Source: Phycisphaerae bacterium (GTDB lineage: Bacteria > Planctomycetota > Phycisphaerae > UBA1845). From it: a DNA stretch of 64,000 nucleotides. The stretch lies in assembly GCA_963666835.2 (NCBI GenBank), contig CAXXGO010000001.1:928001-992000 (forward strand). The letters are read 5' to 3'. The position numbers and the translations under genes are program-made. Of the stretch, positions 1 to 9,154 are shown in pieces. Position 1 is the first letter of the stretch. Every line of letters starts with the position of its first letter. The notes under the pieces were generated by a model that was not told the origin of the DNA, made no database searches, and was given only the letters and a program-made list of their open reading frames with translations.

Positions 1-1
1 A

Positions 2-331
2 AGGGGCGGCATTGCCGGCGGCGGCGATGAAGCCGGCGTCTCTGTCTTGGCTGGCGTTGACGTTTGGCGCCAAGGTGCCGGTGCGGTCGGCGGTGAGCTC
101 GGCTCAGCCGGGCTTTGTCGCATGGCGGCCCGCACGCGGATCGCGGTGTCCGATCTTAGCAGCAGGAACGCGCAACTGGCTGACATCAACCATGACGGTG
201 TGATTGACGCATCGGATATTCGAGCTTTCGCCGACGTGCATGGTTTGGTGTTGACGCCGCAGTTCAGCGCGAGACTTACCGCGTTGGAGCTGAGCGGAGT
301 ATCTGGAGAACTTGAACTGGAGCACGAATAG
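2..331 (+). CDS. C-terminal end of a protein with a dockerin/EF-hand-like Ca-binding loop (5'-truncated by the window edge)
   Basis: Frame is open from base 2 to TAG at 331. It contains ADINHDGVIDASDI, matching the DxNxDGxxDxxD Ca-binding loop of dockerin-type repeats. Confidence 0.65.
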   Translation, partial: RGGIAGGGDEAGVSVLAGVDVWRQGAGAVGGELGSAGLCRMAARTRIAVSDLSSRNAQLADINHDGVIDASDIRAFADVHGLVLTPQFSARLTALELSGVSGELELEHE

Positions 332-826
332 GAAACCAAGAGGTCGTCAGCGGAGCGGGTCAATTGCTCTTGTTGTTTCCGGGGCGGACGCCTCTGCTTC
401 GATGATCTGAGGGCGGCTGAGAAGTCGGATTGCCTCCTGCGATGTGATTAGGCGGCGGTGTCCTGATGGGCCTGTGGTTGGGAGCGACGATCGGACGTGT
501 GCGCGAACATGGTGCCGCCGTTGCAGCAGGCCGGCGAAACCACTGATTGGTTGTGACGCACGGGACGGTTTGACGGGATGGCAATTCGGAGTCGCAGGGC
601 GTCAGAGAGAATAGCAAGGATGTGTCGTTATTGATACGTAGTGTGGGGCGAAACAAAGTCGGACGTTACGAAATTGTCTTCCAGGCTTGCAGGAGGCAAG
701 GCAGATTGGGTAGAATGGGGCATTGCGCCATCGGGAACGCGTACGATGGAGTTAGTGGCACGGAGGTGGCCATCGCTTGATAGCGGTGGCGCAGTGGGGG
801 CTTTTGCCAGTAGGAAGGGTGAGGGA

Positions 827-2050
827 ATGAGCGGAAGGAAGTCGGTTGTTGCCACGGTGCTTGTGGTTTCGTGTGTGTTGGTGGCTCCGATGCAGGGTGC
901 CGTTGATTTGGAGTTGCGGCCGGTGGCGCCGGCGTACGAGATTGGTGACACTGTACAAGTGGGGATCTACGCGTCGGCGGATGGCGAAAGCGGTGAGGTG
1001 GTCCGGGCCGTCAACGTGATCCTGGAATGGGATCCGGGGGTCATGGAACTCATCGGTGTTGACGATGCGGGCCCGTACGACTGGCTCATGTCTGGGTTTT
1101 TCAGCGATGCGGAGTTGGACGGCTTGAACGCCGATTGTGGGCCGGAGATCTTCTGCGAGCCTTACACTTATCTTCCGTACAACGATGGCGACGGGTACTA
1201 TCAAGCGATCGGGAACTTCAGCAACACTGCTGTTGCGCCGCCCTCGGGATTGCTGGTTTCGATTCTGGAGTTTCGCGCTTTGTCGATGGCTCTCGGAAGC
1301 GAGCTACGAATCGTTAGCGACGTAGGTGGGGTCACGACGACGGCCGTGGTCGGCGAATCGGGTCAGGACGTGCTTGGGGCTCTGGGCACGTGTTCGGTCA
1401 ACATCAATCCGGCTGTCGATTGGGGCATGCTCTCATTGTCGGCGCCTGTCAACACTTGCCTCTGGGCGCCGCCGGGTGGCTCTACGTATGTTGATCTTGT
1501 CGTGTCCGATCTGGCACAGTCGGTGAACGGCGTTCAGGCGTTGGTGCAGTATGACGAAACGCGATTGACTTTTGTCGGCGCGACGGGCGGGGATGGGTTG
1601 GGTTCTCCGTGGGATGCTGCGGCTGTTGCTGCTACCCAACTTGATGACGGCGTCGTGTCTGTCGGTGGCGTGTTGCTTGGCGGCAGCAGCGACGCCGACA
1701 GTGTTGTCGCGGAGCTCGAGTTCGTCACGGCGCCGGATATCACGTCGGGCCTGACCAGCGTCGAACTTCTTGTCCAGTTTCCACCTTTGGTTACGAAACT
1801 GACCAATGCGGCGACGGCGGAGGACGTTTATCCGGAGGTTTCGGGTCTGCAGATTGTAGAGCTGGCGGGCGACATAGATGCGGAGGGCGACGTTGATCTC
1901 GCCGATTATGCGGCCTTCGCGGTTTGCTATGGCTCCGATGTTGAGCTGGGAGACTGCTGCTGCTTTGACTTCGATTCCGATGGCGATGTTGACGGAGACG
2001 ACTACTACTTCCTCCACTCTGCTTGGACCGGGCCGCTTTCCATTCCATAG
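827..2050 (+). CDS. Secreted protein with two cohesin-like domains and a C-terminal dockerin-like domain
   Basis: ATG at 827 follows GAGGGA and starts a signal peptide (MSGRKSVVATVLVVSCVLVAPMQG). Cohesin-like strands: GDTVQVGIYA...VNVILEWDPGVMELIGV and GSTYVDLVVS...NGVQALVQYDETRLTFVG. Dockerin pair: GDIDAEGDVDLADY and DFDSDGDVDGDDY. Confidence 0.75.
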   Translation: MSGRKSVVATVLVVSCVLVAPMQGAVDLELRPVAPAYEIGDTVQVGIYASADGESGEVVRAVNVILEWDPGVMELIGVDDAGPYDWLMSGFFSDAELDGLNADCGPEIFCEPYTYLPYNDGDGYYQAIGNFSNTAVAPPSGLLVSILEFRALSMALGSELRIVSDVGGVTTTAVVGESGQDVLGALGTCSVNINPAVDWGMLSLSAPVNTCLWAPPGGSTYVDLVVSDLAQSVNGVQALVQYDETRLTFVGATGGDGLGSPWDAAAVAATQLDDGVVSVGGVLLGGSSDADSVVAELEFVTAPDITSGLTSVELLVQFPPLVTKLTNAATAEDVYPEVSGLQIVELAGDIDAEGDVDLADYAAFAVCYGSDVELGDCCCFDFDSDGDVDGDDYYFLHSAWTGPLSIP

Positions 2051-2136
2051 GGCGGGTGAGTAAGCGCCCATCAGCAACATAGGCTGGGGCCGGTGGTTGC
2101 GGCTGGAGCGCGGGGGGCTTAGGCGCGCAGGTCCAC

Positions 2137-3474
2137 GAGAGCGGGTCCAGAATGTCGCGGGCTCGCCGGATCTGTCGTGTGGATGTGGTTCGGAGCGACG
2201 TGCGCGTCGAGGCTCAGTCGCGGCGGGAGCATGCGTGACGCCGGGCGCGTAGGGGCATCATGCGCGACTGGCGTCGGTGGTGCGATGGGTTGTGCGGCGC
2301 GATCATGTCTCAAGCAGCGTTGCGATAGTAATGCCGCAGCAAGCCCCCGAGGAATTGCTGGCATCGGATGGTGGCGGCATTGGGGATCGGATCAATCGGT
2401 GGAGGGTCCGGTGATCCGGTTGCCGCAGCGGGGATCGTCAGGTTACCGAGCCCCTGGTGTGGGCGGTATTGGTTGTGGAAACGAACATGCGACTGACATA
2501 TGTAGTTCAGATGGTCCAGGCCGAAGCACAGGAAGTAGTTCAGGGTCTCTCTTTTTAGTCCGCCGATCCATGATTCGATGAACGAATTGGCGTCAGGGGC
2601 CAGGAGGGGTGTTCTCAGGCAGCGCGTACCGGCACTCTTGAACAGTCGGCGGAAGCCGGCCGAGAACTTGGTGTCGCGATCATGGATGAGGAACCGGGCG
2701 TGAATCTGATTGTCCTCAAGCCACATCATCACGTTCCGCGCTTGCTGTTGGACCCACCTGTCGTTCGGATGATACGTGGACGGACTGAGAAACACCTCAC
2801 GCGTGCCGACATGAATGAACGCAAGACAGTAGGCGACGCGGATTCCGAAGGGGGTGATCACGTTTTTCGTAAAGAAGTCGCAGGCGATGAGCGTGTCAAG
2901 ATGAAGGCGGATGAACTTCTGCCAAGTCGTCTCGTTGGCTTTCCCTCGACGGGTGGGGGAGGGCGTAAGCCCCTCTTCCTTCAGGATTCGACGGACCGAG
3001 GATCGTCCGAGCTTGAACCGGAGCTTCCGCAGCTCGCCGACGATGCGGCGATAGCCCCAACCGGCGTTCTCCTTGGCCAATCGGATGACAACCTCGCGCA
3101 TGTTGCGGGCGATCTTCGGCCGGCCGACACGTTTCGGTCGGCGCCCTTCACGGAACTCCGTCACCCAGCGACAATACGTCCGAGGCGTGACGATGCCGAT
3201 CACGTCGGCAACGTCGTGGTCGAGCTCCTGGCCGATTGCCAACAGCCGGGCGCGGTCCTCCGGGCTGGGAATGACCCGGTTGCCGCCGAGCTTGCGTCTG
3301 AGGATCTCGACTTGGGCTTTGAGGAAGCGGATGCGGTTATCGCGGCGCGCGGCACCGGCTTCAAAGAGGAGATGCAAAACGACGTAGAACCAGCGAACCA
3401 TTGTTTATGAATCCTGAAGAAGAACCAGTGAAAACACGGCAATGAGAACCCTCCGACATTTTGGACCTCCGCCC
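2137..3474 (-). mobile_element. IS-like element carrying an rve/integrase-core (DDE) transposase, bounded by imperfect terminal inverted repeats
   Basis: GGTCCAGAATGTCG (2144-2157) and CGACATTTTGGACC (3454-3467) are inverted repeats matching at 13/14 and flank the transposase ORF. The exact outer ends are approximate. Confidence 0.7.
2310..3401 (-). CDS. Integrase core domain (rve) transposase, IS3/IS481-like superfamily
   Basis: HTH region LAKENAGWGYRRIVGELRKL; DDE motifs ACDFF, LIHDRDTKF and NSFIESWIGGLKRE; typical tail HNQYRPHQGL...LGGLLRHYYR. Confidence 0.9.
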   Translation of the reverse strand: MVRWFYVVLHLLFEAGAARRDNRIRFLKAQVEILRRKLGGNRVIPSPEDRARLLAIGQELDHDVADVIGIVTPRTYCRWVTEFREGRRPKRVGRPKIARNMREVVIRLAKENAGWGYRRIVGELRKLRFKLGRSSVRRILKEEGLTPSPTRRGKANETTWQKFIRLHLDTLIACDFFTKNVITPFGIRVAYCLAFIHVGTREVFLSPSTYHPNDRWVQQQARNVMMWLEDNQIHARFLIHDRDTKFSAGFRRLFKSAGTRCLRTPLLAPDANSFIESWIGGLKRETLNYFLCFGLDHLNYICQSHVRFHNQYRPHQGLGNLTIPAAATGSPDPPPIDPIPNAATIRCQQFLGGLLRHYYRNAA

Positions 3475-3633
3475 AAACCGAGGCAACCCACCGCCGGCCT
3501 GGGCTATGGCCCCGACCTGCCGCTGGCTGAGCTCAGAATCACGCCTGCATGCAAGTGTGCAGTCCCTCCTGCTGTGTCAGCCCTGTACTTGACGCTATCT
3601 ACAGGGGTGTCCAAAATGAGGCCCAAGATGATG

Positions 3634-3665
3634 CTCTACATGTTGAACATGTTGCACATGTAGAG
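3634..3665. repeat. 32-bp imperfect palindrome built from three ACATGT units at a 9-bp period
   Basis: CTCTACATGTTGAACATGTTGCACATGTAGAG matches its reverse complement at 28/32; ACATGT starts at 3638, 3647 and 3656. Confidence 0.8.
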
Positions 3666-3735
3666 TTGGGAAATCGAAGCGCAAACTTCTGAAAACGCTG
3701 TAGGTTACGTGCTGACAAGGACTTAGCTCCTTCTC

Positions 3736-3761
3736 AGCTCGTAAGGCTCATAACCCGGAGG
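3736..3761 (+). other. Fragment of an initiator tRNA-Met (anticodon arm), probable att-site scar
   Basis: AGCTCGTAAGGCTCATAACCCGGAGG resembles the conserved tRNA-fMet segment AGCTCGTCGGGCTCATAACCCGAAGG (CAT anticodon). No acceptor stem, T-arm GTTC or CCA is nearby. Confidence 0.6.
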
Positions 3762-4159
3762 CAAGCACGGAACGCCAGCCCGGCCAGAGCTTGGACAGCC
3801 ACACCCAGAAGATCCGGTCCCGGCGCCGTCGCTAACCAGGTAGTAGCCTAAGACGGATCTGGCTTTTGCGTTGCCGCGGGGGCGACCCGTAAAGCGGCAT
3901 CGATTCCCCCCAACCTCACGAGGACGTGCGCTGGCCGATCGCGATCTGGTTCGGCTTAGGAGCCTCTCCGCAACGCCAGAGCGCGGGGGAGAAAGTCGGA
4001 CACGTCGTACCGGTACCCCGGGCCGTCTCTCTCAGGTCGGGTTGTCCCGCGTAGTCAGTTGATCCGTGTACCTGCTGGACGGCCGGCGTGCGACGACGGA
4101 GAATAATATCCAAGTCTCATTCGCACAGCTTTCGACTGAATTCAAGGAGAGAGTCTCCG

Positions 4160-7102
4160 ATGGGCCGTTTGGACGACATCCTGGCAAAGCTGCGGGAGTA
4201 TCGCTGGATAAACTACTCCGGCTATGACCGGATAGCTGATTACGTCCGAGACGGAAGTGACGCTGCTCTGCGCGCTATTCCCGCTCCGGGCCAATACTCA
4301 TACTGGACGTCAGAACTCACTCGCGCACTCCGCGATCCGGCAGACTGGCGCGAAGAAGATTGCCGCCTAGCTCATGTTCTCTTGCATCTCGGTGCGGACA
4401 ATGTGCTTTGGGAGTGGCTTGACCACCTTCTGGCTCGTGAAGGCCCAAGTCAAGATTTCTTTACCGTAGTCGCGCGCGAGTGCAGAGGTTGGTCTACATC
4501 CAAGGTGGCGGCGAACGCACTCCAGCGATTGGGGCGTTTCGTTCGCGATGGACAGCCGACTTCATTTGGCCGGTACCTCCTCGCCCTGAGTAAGAAGGAC
4601 TTGGAGCGCGCGGTGAAGAGCGCAGAGTGCGCGAACGCGGCTGAGTTCGTAGCGTTACTGCTTGATCATGGCCCGGAGCGATTGGACGCGGTATTGTCAA
4701 CCGTCTTGGATCGTTTGTGCTTGAAGTCCGACCGGGCGCAAGTATTCCAGGTTTTGCTACAGAAGTGCGGCGACCGGTACGAGCAGTTTATTGCCAAGCG
4801 AACAGAGAAGGAGAAGGACCGTTGGGCTCAGTTTTGCGCATTGCAGGTTCTTCACGCCTACGCGCCTGAGCGATACGGGTCAACAGCCCTCGCGATCTCA
4901 CGTCGTGCGTTAAAAGGCAATTGGCAGAAGGTAAACCGGGACCAGGTGGCTGAGTGGATGGCGGGCAACCTCGGCGTTGAGGTCGTCCCGGATCTGACCG
5001 AATTCGCTGGCAAGGCAACCCGGCAACACGACGTGGCCGGAATGGCCCACACCGCAGACACCCAACTTGGTTCTGCGGCCGTTCCGGTCTTCAAGGCTCT
5101 GCTTGCGAACGAGAACGCTGACGTCCGCGCGGTCGGCGTGGAATCGCTAATGCGTTTGCAGTCTCCTGAACACGAACAGGCCGTCGAGGCCGAACTCCGG
5201 AGGGAATTGGGCGAGAAGAGCGCGGACCGCGTGCTCAAGAGCCTGACGCTGGCGATGAAGTGGAAACCCGAGCGCATCCTAGATGTTCTGTGGAAGCTGC
5301 TGGAGCATAGATCAAGGCCGGTGCGAATGGCGGCCGCTCGCAGCATGGCGAGTTGCGGAGACGCTGTCGTGGATGAGTCGGCTGCACTTCTTGTGCACAA
5401 GAAAGCCGATGTGCGTATTGCGGCAGTGGAGATACTCGCATCCATCGGATCCGAACGTGCGACGACCGCCCTTGAACAACGCCTGGATGAAGAGTCGAGC
5501 GAAGACGTACGCGACCAGATGCTCTTTGGGCTTGAAGCGGCCTGGAACGCGCAAGGCCGTGAGACCACCAAGACGGATATCGCGGCGCGAATCAAGCGTA
5601 CCAAAGACAAGCTCGAGGACCCTGTGGCTGACTGGCTTGCTGAAGATACTCTTCCGACGCTCAAGTGGACCGATGGTAAGCGACTGTCCAATCGCGAAGT
5701 GCGCTACTTGCTCTACCGCCAATCACGCGCGAAGGAGATAAGGCCGGATCCTGAGGCCGCCGCGGTATACCGACTGATCGATCGCAGCCGCAGCGGTTCC
5801 TTCGCCGCCGCGGTTCTCGCGGCGTTTCTCCAAAGTGGCCAAGAGGCAACGGACCGCTGGGCCATGACGGTGGCGGGCATGCTCGGAGACGACGCCGTTG
5901 TCCCAGTGCTGGCGGCACAGATCCGAAGCTGGGCAGAGAGCAACCGGGGGAAGATGGCAGAGTGGGCCGTGCAGGCGCTAGCTCTGCTGGGGACCGACAG
6001 CGCGCTGCTTGCCGTTGATGCGATGGCGATCCGGTATCGCACCAAGATGAAGAACATCGGCCGCGCTGCCGCGGAGTCGTTCGCGCTCGCTGCCGAGCGG
6101 ATGGGCGTAACACCGGACGAACTTGGCGATCGCGTGGTCCCATGGCTGTGTTTCGCACCGAACGAAACGTGCCTGATCGATGCCGGGCAAAAGCAGTACG
6201 AAGTGCGGATCGGACCTGATCTGAAACTGCGCTACATCGAAACGAAGAAGGGCAAGGCCGTCAAGAGCCTGCCGAAGAGCGTGTCAGCCGATGTAAAGAC
6301 GGAAATGAAGGGAGTCGCAGCCAACCTACGCGAGGTGGTCAAGGCTCAGACCTTACGATTAGAGAACCTGCTCGTGCGGCAGCGACGTTGGTCGGCGACA
6401 CGTTGGCGTGAGCTCTTCCTCCCGCATCCAATCCTCTTGCCGTTCGCGACCCGGCTAGTTTGGGGAACGTACGATGATTCCGGTCAACTCTGCGGACTGT
6501 TCCGAGCTCTGGAAGATCGTACTCTCACCACCAACGCCGACGACGCGTATGAGTTGCCCGACGACGCGAGCGTTGGGCTTGTTCATCCGCTCGAAATTGA
6601 CGACCAAACACGCACAGCTTGGCTCACCCACCTGGCCGACTACGAAATCGAACCGCCGTTTCCACAGCTTGAAAGAGAAGTTGTGAACGCTGCGGAGGAC
6701 CAACACGATCAGAAGAACTACCTGGCGCTTGACGGCGCCGTGCTCAATGGCATGACGTTCAAGGGCCGTGCCGAGCGCCTCGGCTGGGTGCGTGGCTCGG
6801 TTGTCGACGCCGGCTCGGTGAGCGGTTATCACAAGAGTTTTCCCACTGCGGGCGTTGACGTAATCATCGGCATAGAAGGCATGTTCATGGGCATGGACAT
6901 GTACGACGAGATTACGCTCGGCCCGGTTCTCTTCGTTCGTGATGGCACCGTCAAGTACGGCAGCTACCAGTACGATGAACCGAGTGACGAGAGTGATCCG
7001 CGCGTCATGCGTTTTGGCGATGTCGCTGCCATCGCCTTCTCCGAAGCCATGGGCGACCTTAGACGCATTGCCGGCGAGAAGGCCGGCAACTCATCGGAGT
7101 AG
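4160..7102 (+). CDS. HEAT-repeat / DUF4132 domain protein (YehI-like)
   Basis: ATG at 4160 follows AAGGAGA. HEAT-like repeats: LLANENADVRAVGVESL, LLEHRSRPVRMAAARSM, LLVHKKADVRIAAVEILA. DUF4132-type motifs: DELGDRVVPWL, QTLRLENLLVRQRRWS, HPILLPFATRLVWG, DYEIEPPFPQLERE, FSEAMGDL. Confidence 0.85.
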   Translation: MGRLDDILAKLREYRWINYSGYDRIADYVRDGSDAALRAIPAPGQYSYWTSELTRALRDPADWREEDCRLAHVLLHLGADNVLWEWLDHLLAREGPSQDFFTVVARECRGWSTSKVAANALQRLGRFVRDGQPTSFGRYLLALSKKDLERAVKSAECANAAEFVALLLDHGPERLDAVLSTVLDRLCLKSDRAQVFQVLLQKCGDRYEQFIAKRTEKEKDRWAQFCALQVLHAYAPERYGSTALAISRRALKGNWQKVNRDQVAEWMAGNLGVEVVPDLTEFAGKATRQHDVAGMAHTADTQLGSAAVPVFKALLANENADVRAVGVESLMRLQSPEHEQAVEAELRRELGEKSADRVLKSLTLAMKWKPERILDVLWKLLEHRSRPVRMAAARSMASCGDAVVDESAALLVHKKADVRIAAVEILASIGSERATTALEQRLDEESSEDVRDQMLFGLEAAWNAQGRETTKTDIAARIKRTKDKLEDPVADWLAEDTLPTLKWTDGKRLSNREVRYLLYRQSRAKEIRPDPEAAAVYRLIDRSRSGSFAAAVLAAFLQSGQEATDRWAMTVAGMLGDDAVVPVLAAQIRSWAESNRGKMAEWAVQALALLGTDSALLAVDAMAIRYRTKMKNIGRAAAESFALAAERMGVTPDELGDRVVPWLCFAPNETCLIDAGQKQYEVRIGPDLKLRYIETKKGKAVKSLPKSVSADVKTEMKGVAANLREVVKAQTLRLENLLVRQRRWSATRWRELFLPHPILLPFATRLVWGTYDDSGQLCGLFRALEDRTLTTNADDAYELPDDASVGLVHPLEIDDQTRTAWLTHLADYEIEPPFPQLEREVVNAAEDQHDQKNYLALDGAVLNGMTFKGRAERLGWVRGSVVDAGSVSGYHKSFPTAGVDVIIGIEGMFMGMDMYDEITLGPVLFVRDGTVKYGSYQYDEPSDESDPRVMRFGDVAAIAFSEAMGDLRRIAGEKAGNSSE

Positions 7103-7111
7103 CCGAGCCGA

Positions 7112-9154
7112 TCAGGCAAACCGTCGGCTCCAGACTGCCGTGGTTTCTTGCTGCAGTGCGAGACGCAGGATGAAGCTGCATTCGAGCAGCCTTTCAGCGG
7201 TATCGGCGGTTTCGAGACCGCGGCGTGACTGTTCCAGGGCAGCCACGGTCCGCCGGAGAGCGTCGCGGCACGTTGTCAGACTCAACGTATCGAATGCCTC
7301 GCACGCGGCGCGTAGCGGAGCGAGGTCGCGCTGAACGCGCAGACCCGCCTCCGCAACGTCCTCGAGTCGGTCGAGCGTCTGCCGCAAGAGCAGGCCCACG
7401 CGAGAGTTGGGAGTATCGGGAACGTCGAACTCACGTTTGGCGTTCGCCTCGGAGTCATCCTTGGCAAAAGACGCGGTCGTTGAAGTTGCCTTACGTGAAG
7501 TCGTAACGCCGTCAAGCGTAATGTGTATGAACCGATCTTCGGTGATCAGAGTCACCGGTTCAACGTGTACGCCGTCCACCCCGGCTCGCAGCAGCGCCAG
7601 TACGGCTACCAGCTCATCGGATCCGACCGTCTCTATATGTTCGACGGCTTTGGGGATGCTCTCTTGGTAGGCAAGTCGTAGCGGAAGTACGCGCTCATCC
7701 GGGTCGATCAGCGCACGCTGCATAGCTTGGTTCACCGCGTCGAAAACCGGGTCCGCGACACGCGCGGGTACTACCAGCACAACGTCGTCGTTCTCTACCT
7801 GCTGCGTCAGCCCGCCCCCGAAGATACGCTCGATCCGGGGAACTAGCTCCGGCCATTGGCGCACGCATGATACGTGCGAAAGCTCCGTGTCCCCCACGCG
7901 CACCGCACGGGCTCCGTGCCGTCCGGACAGTCGTCCGACCGGATTGCGGAATACACCCGATACACGGTAACGCGAGCGACTCGCTTCTCGCGGGTTACGC
8001 ACTCCGGGCCACGGAAACTCCTGGGTGTATCGAGCGCTCGGATCGAACTGCTGTTCTGCGGGACGGGTATCGGTCCAAGTGTTCCAGCGTTGGGCATGCG
8101 GCTCCCAGAAATACACCGTTAGGCCTTCATAGCCGCTGTGCGTCCGCCACTGTCTGGCGCCAACGCCGATCAACTCCAGCTCGCCGGCAACTTGTTCGTA
8201 CTTGGTTCGATGGACGCCGATCAACTCAGGGGTAGGCTGTGCCAACGCCGTGGCAAGCGCCCAAGTATGCGCCCCAACCTGCAAGATGCGTGTGGCGTCT
8301 CCCTGGGCGTCACGTCTCAGCAACAACTCGGTTTCGGTCGCGAGGACGCTCAGCATCCGCTCCAGACGCGGGAGGTCGACGCCGTGTGCGGAGACTCCAA
8401 GTGTCTTCAGGCGGTTCTGCGTTGCCTCGGATACGCGTTCAAGTCCCAAGGCGACCATCTCGTGCAGAACCTGCCGAACGGCTTTGAGTACTTCGTCACG
8501 GCTGCGTGGTGCACCCGCTGAGGTTTCTAGAACACGCGCGGGCAGCTCCGGCAACGTGCGTCCCTCCCGCGCCCAAAGGGCCAAGACGGCCGACACCTTG
8601 TGCTTGCATGCACCGGCTGCGTGACACGTGCACAACATCCCGTCCAGCCCCTGACCATTTAGCCAGCGCACTGTTGCGTTCTGGACCGGAAGCGTGATCA
8701 CAATCGTTGCTCCGATATTGAAGCGTGCATCACCGCGTGGAGCCTGCAAAGCTCGCCGAAAGAGTGTCTTTCCCGCCCAGGACTCCAGAGCTTCCGGACT
8801 GAGGTCCATGATCTCGGTTAGCGGATCGCCAACCGGAGTCAATGACGGTTCTTCCACTGATGGCGTCATCTGGTCACGCAAGTACAGCAACGTGACCAAC
8901 ACGTGCCTGCAGACCGAGCTTGCTCCGCAGTCACACTTCGCCGCCGTCGGAACAGCCCCGAGCAGGACGCGATGGCCCTCCACGTCAAATGTGAGCTGAT
9001 CTCCGTCCGCCCCAGTGTGCCGCGGGACACTCTTCTGAAGGTCTTTATGGGCTCGCCGCACTAGCCCCTTGTTGGCCAGGGCCGCCAACGCATCGTCGTC
9101 CAGCGCGGCTACCTGCCTAGCCAGCGCGGTTAACTCAGGGCTTTTGCCAGCCAT
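7112..9154 (-). CDS. SWIM zinc-finger protein with two SWIM motifs (YehQ-like)
   Basis: CDCGASSVCRH and CTCHAAGACKH (CxC-x(n)-CxH); N-terminal LAALANKGLVRRA is typical of this family. Last gene of the MoxR-vWA operon. Confidence 0.8.
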   Translation of the reverse strand: MAGKSPELTALARQVAALDDDALAALANKGLVRRAHKDLQKSVPRHTGADGDQLTFDVEGHRVLLGAVPTAAKCDCGASSVCRHVLVTLLYLRDQMTPSVEEPSLTPVGDPLTEIMDLSPEALESWAGKTLFRRALQAPRGDARFNIGATIVITLPVQNATVRWLNGQGLDGMLCTCHAAGACKHKVSAVLALWAREGRTLPELPARVLETSAGAPRSRDEVLKAVRQVLHEMVALGLERVSEATQNRLKTLGVSAHGVDLPRLERMLSVLATETELLLRRDAQGDATRILQVGAHTWALATALAQPTPELIGVHRTKYEQVAGELELIGVGARQWRTHSGYEGLTVYFWEPHAQRWNTWTDTRPAEQQFDPSARYTQEFPWPGVRNPREASRSRYRVSGVFRNPVGRLSGRHGARAVRVGDTELSHVSCVRQWPELVPRIERIFGGGLTQQVENDDVVLVVPARVADPVFDAVNQAMQRALIDPDERVLPLRLAYQESIPKAVEHIETVGSDELVAVLALLRAGVDGVHVEPVTLITEDRFIHITLDGVTTSRKATSTTASFAKDDSEANAKREFDVPDTPNSRVGLLLRQTLDRLEDVAEAGLRVQRDLAPLRAACEAFDTLSLTTCRDALRRTVAALEQSRRGLETADTAERLLECSFILRLALQQETTAVWSRRFA

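Noticed and set aside
3736..3810. Functional tRNA-Met
   Set aside because: Only the anticodon region is present; no acceptor stem, T-loop or CCA.
3980..4010. RNase P RNA (GGAGAAAGTCGG resembles GAGGAAAGTCC)
   Set aside because: The match is imperfect and no complementary 3' P4 motif (ACAGAA...GCTTA) was found downstream.
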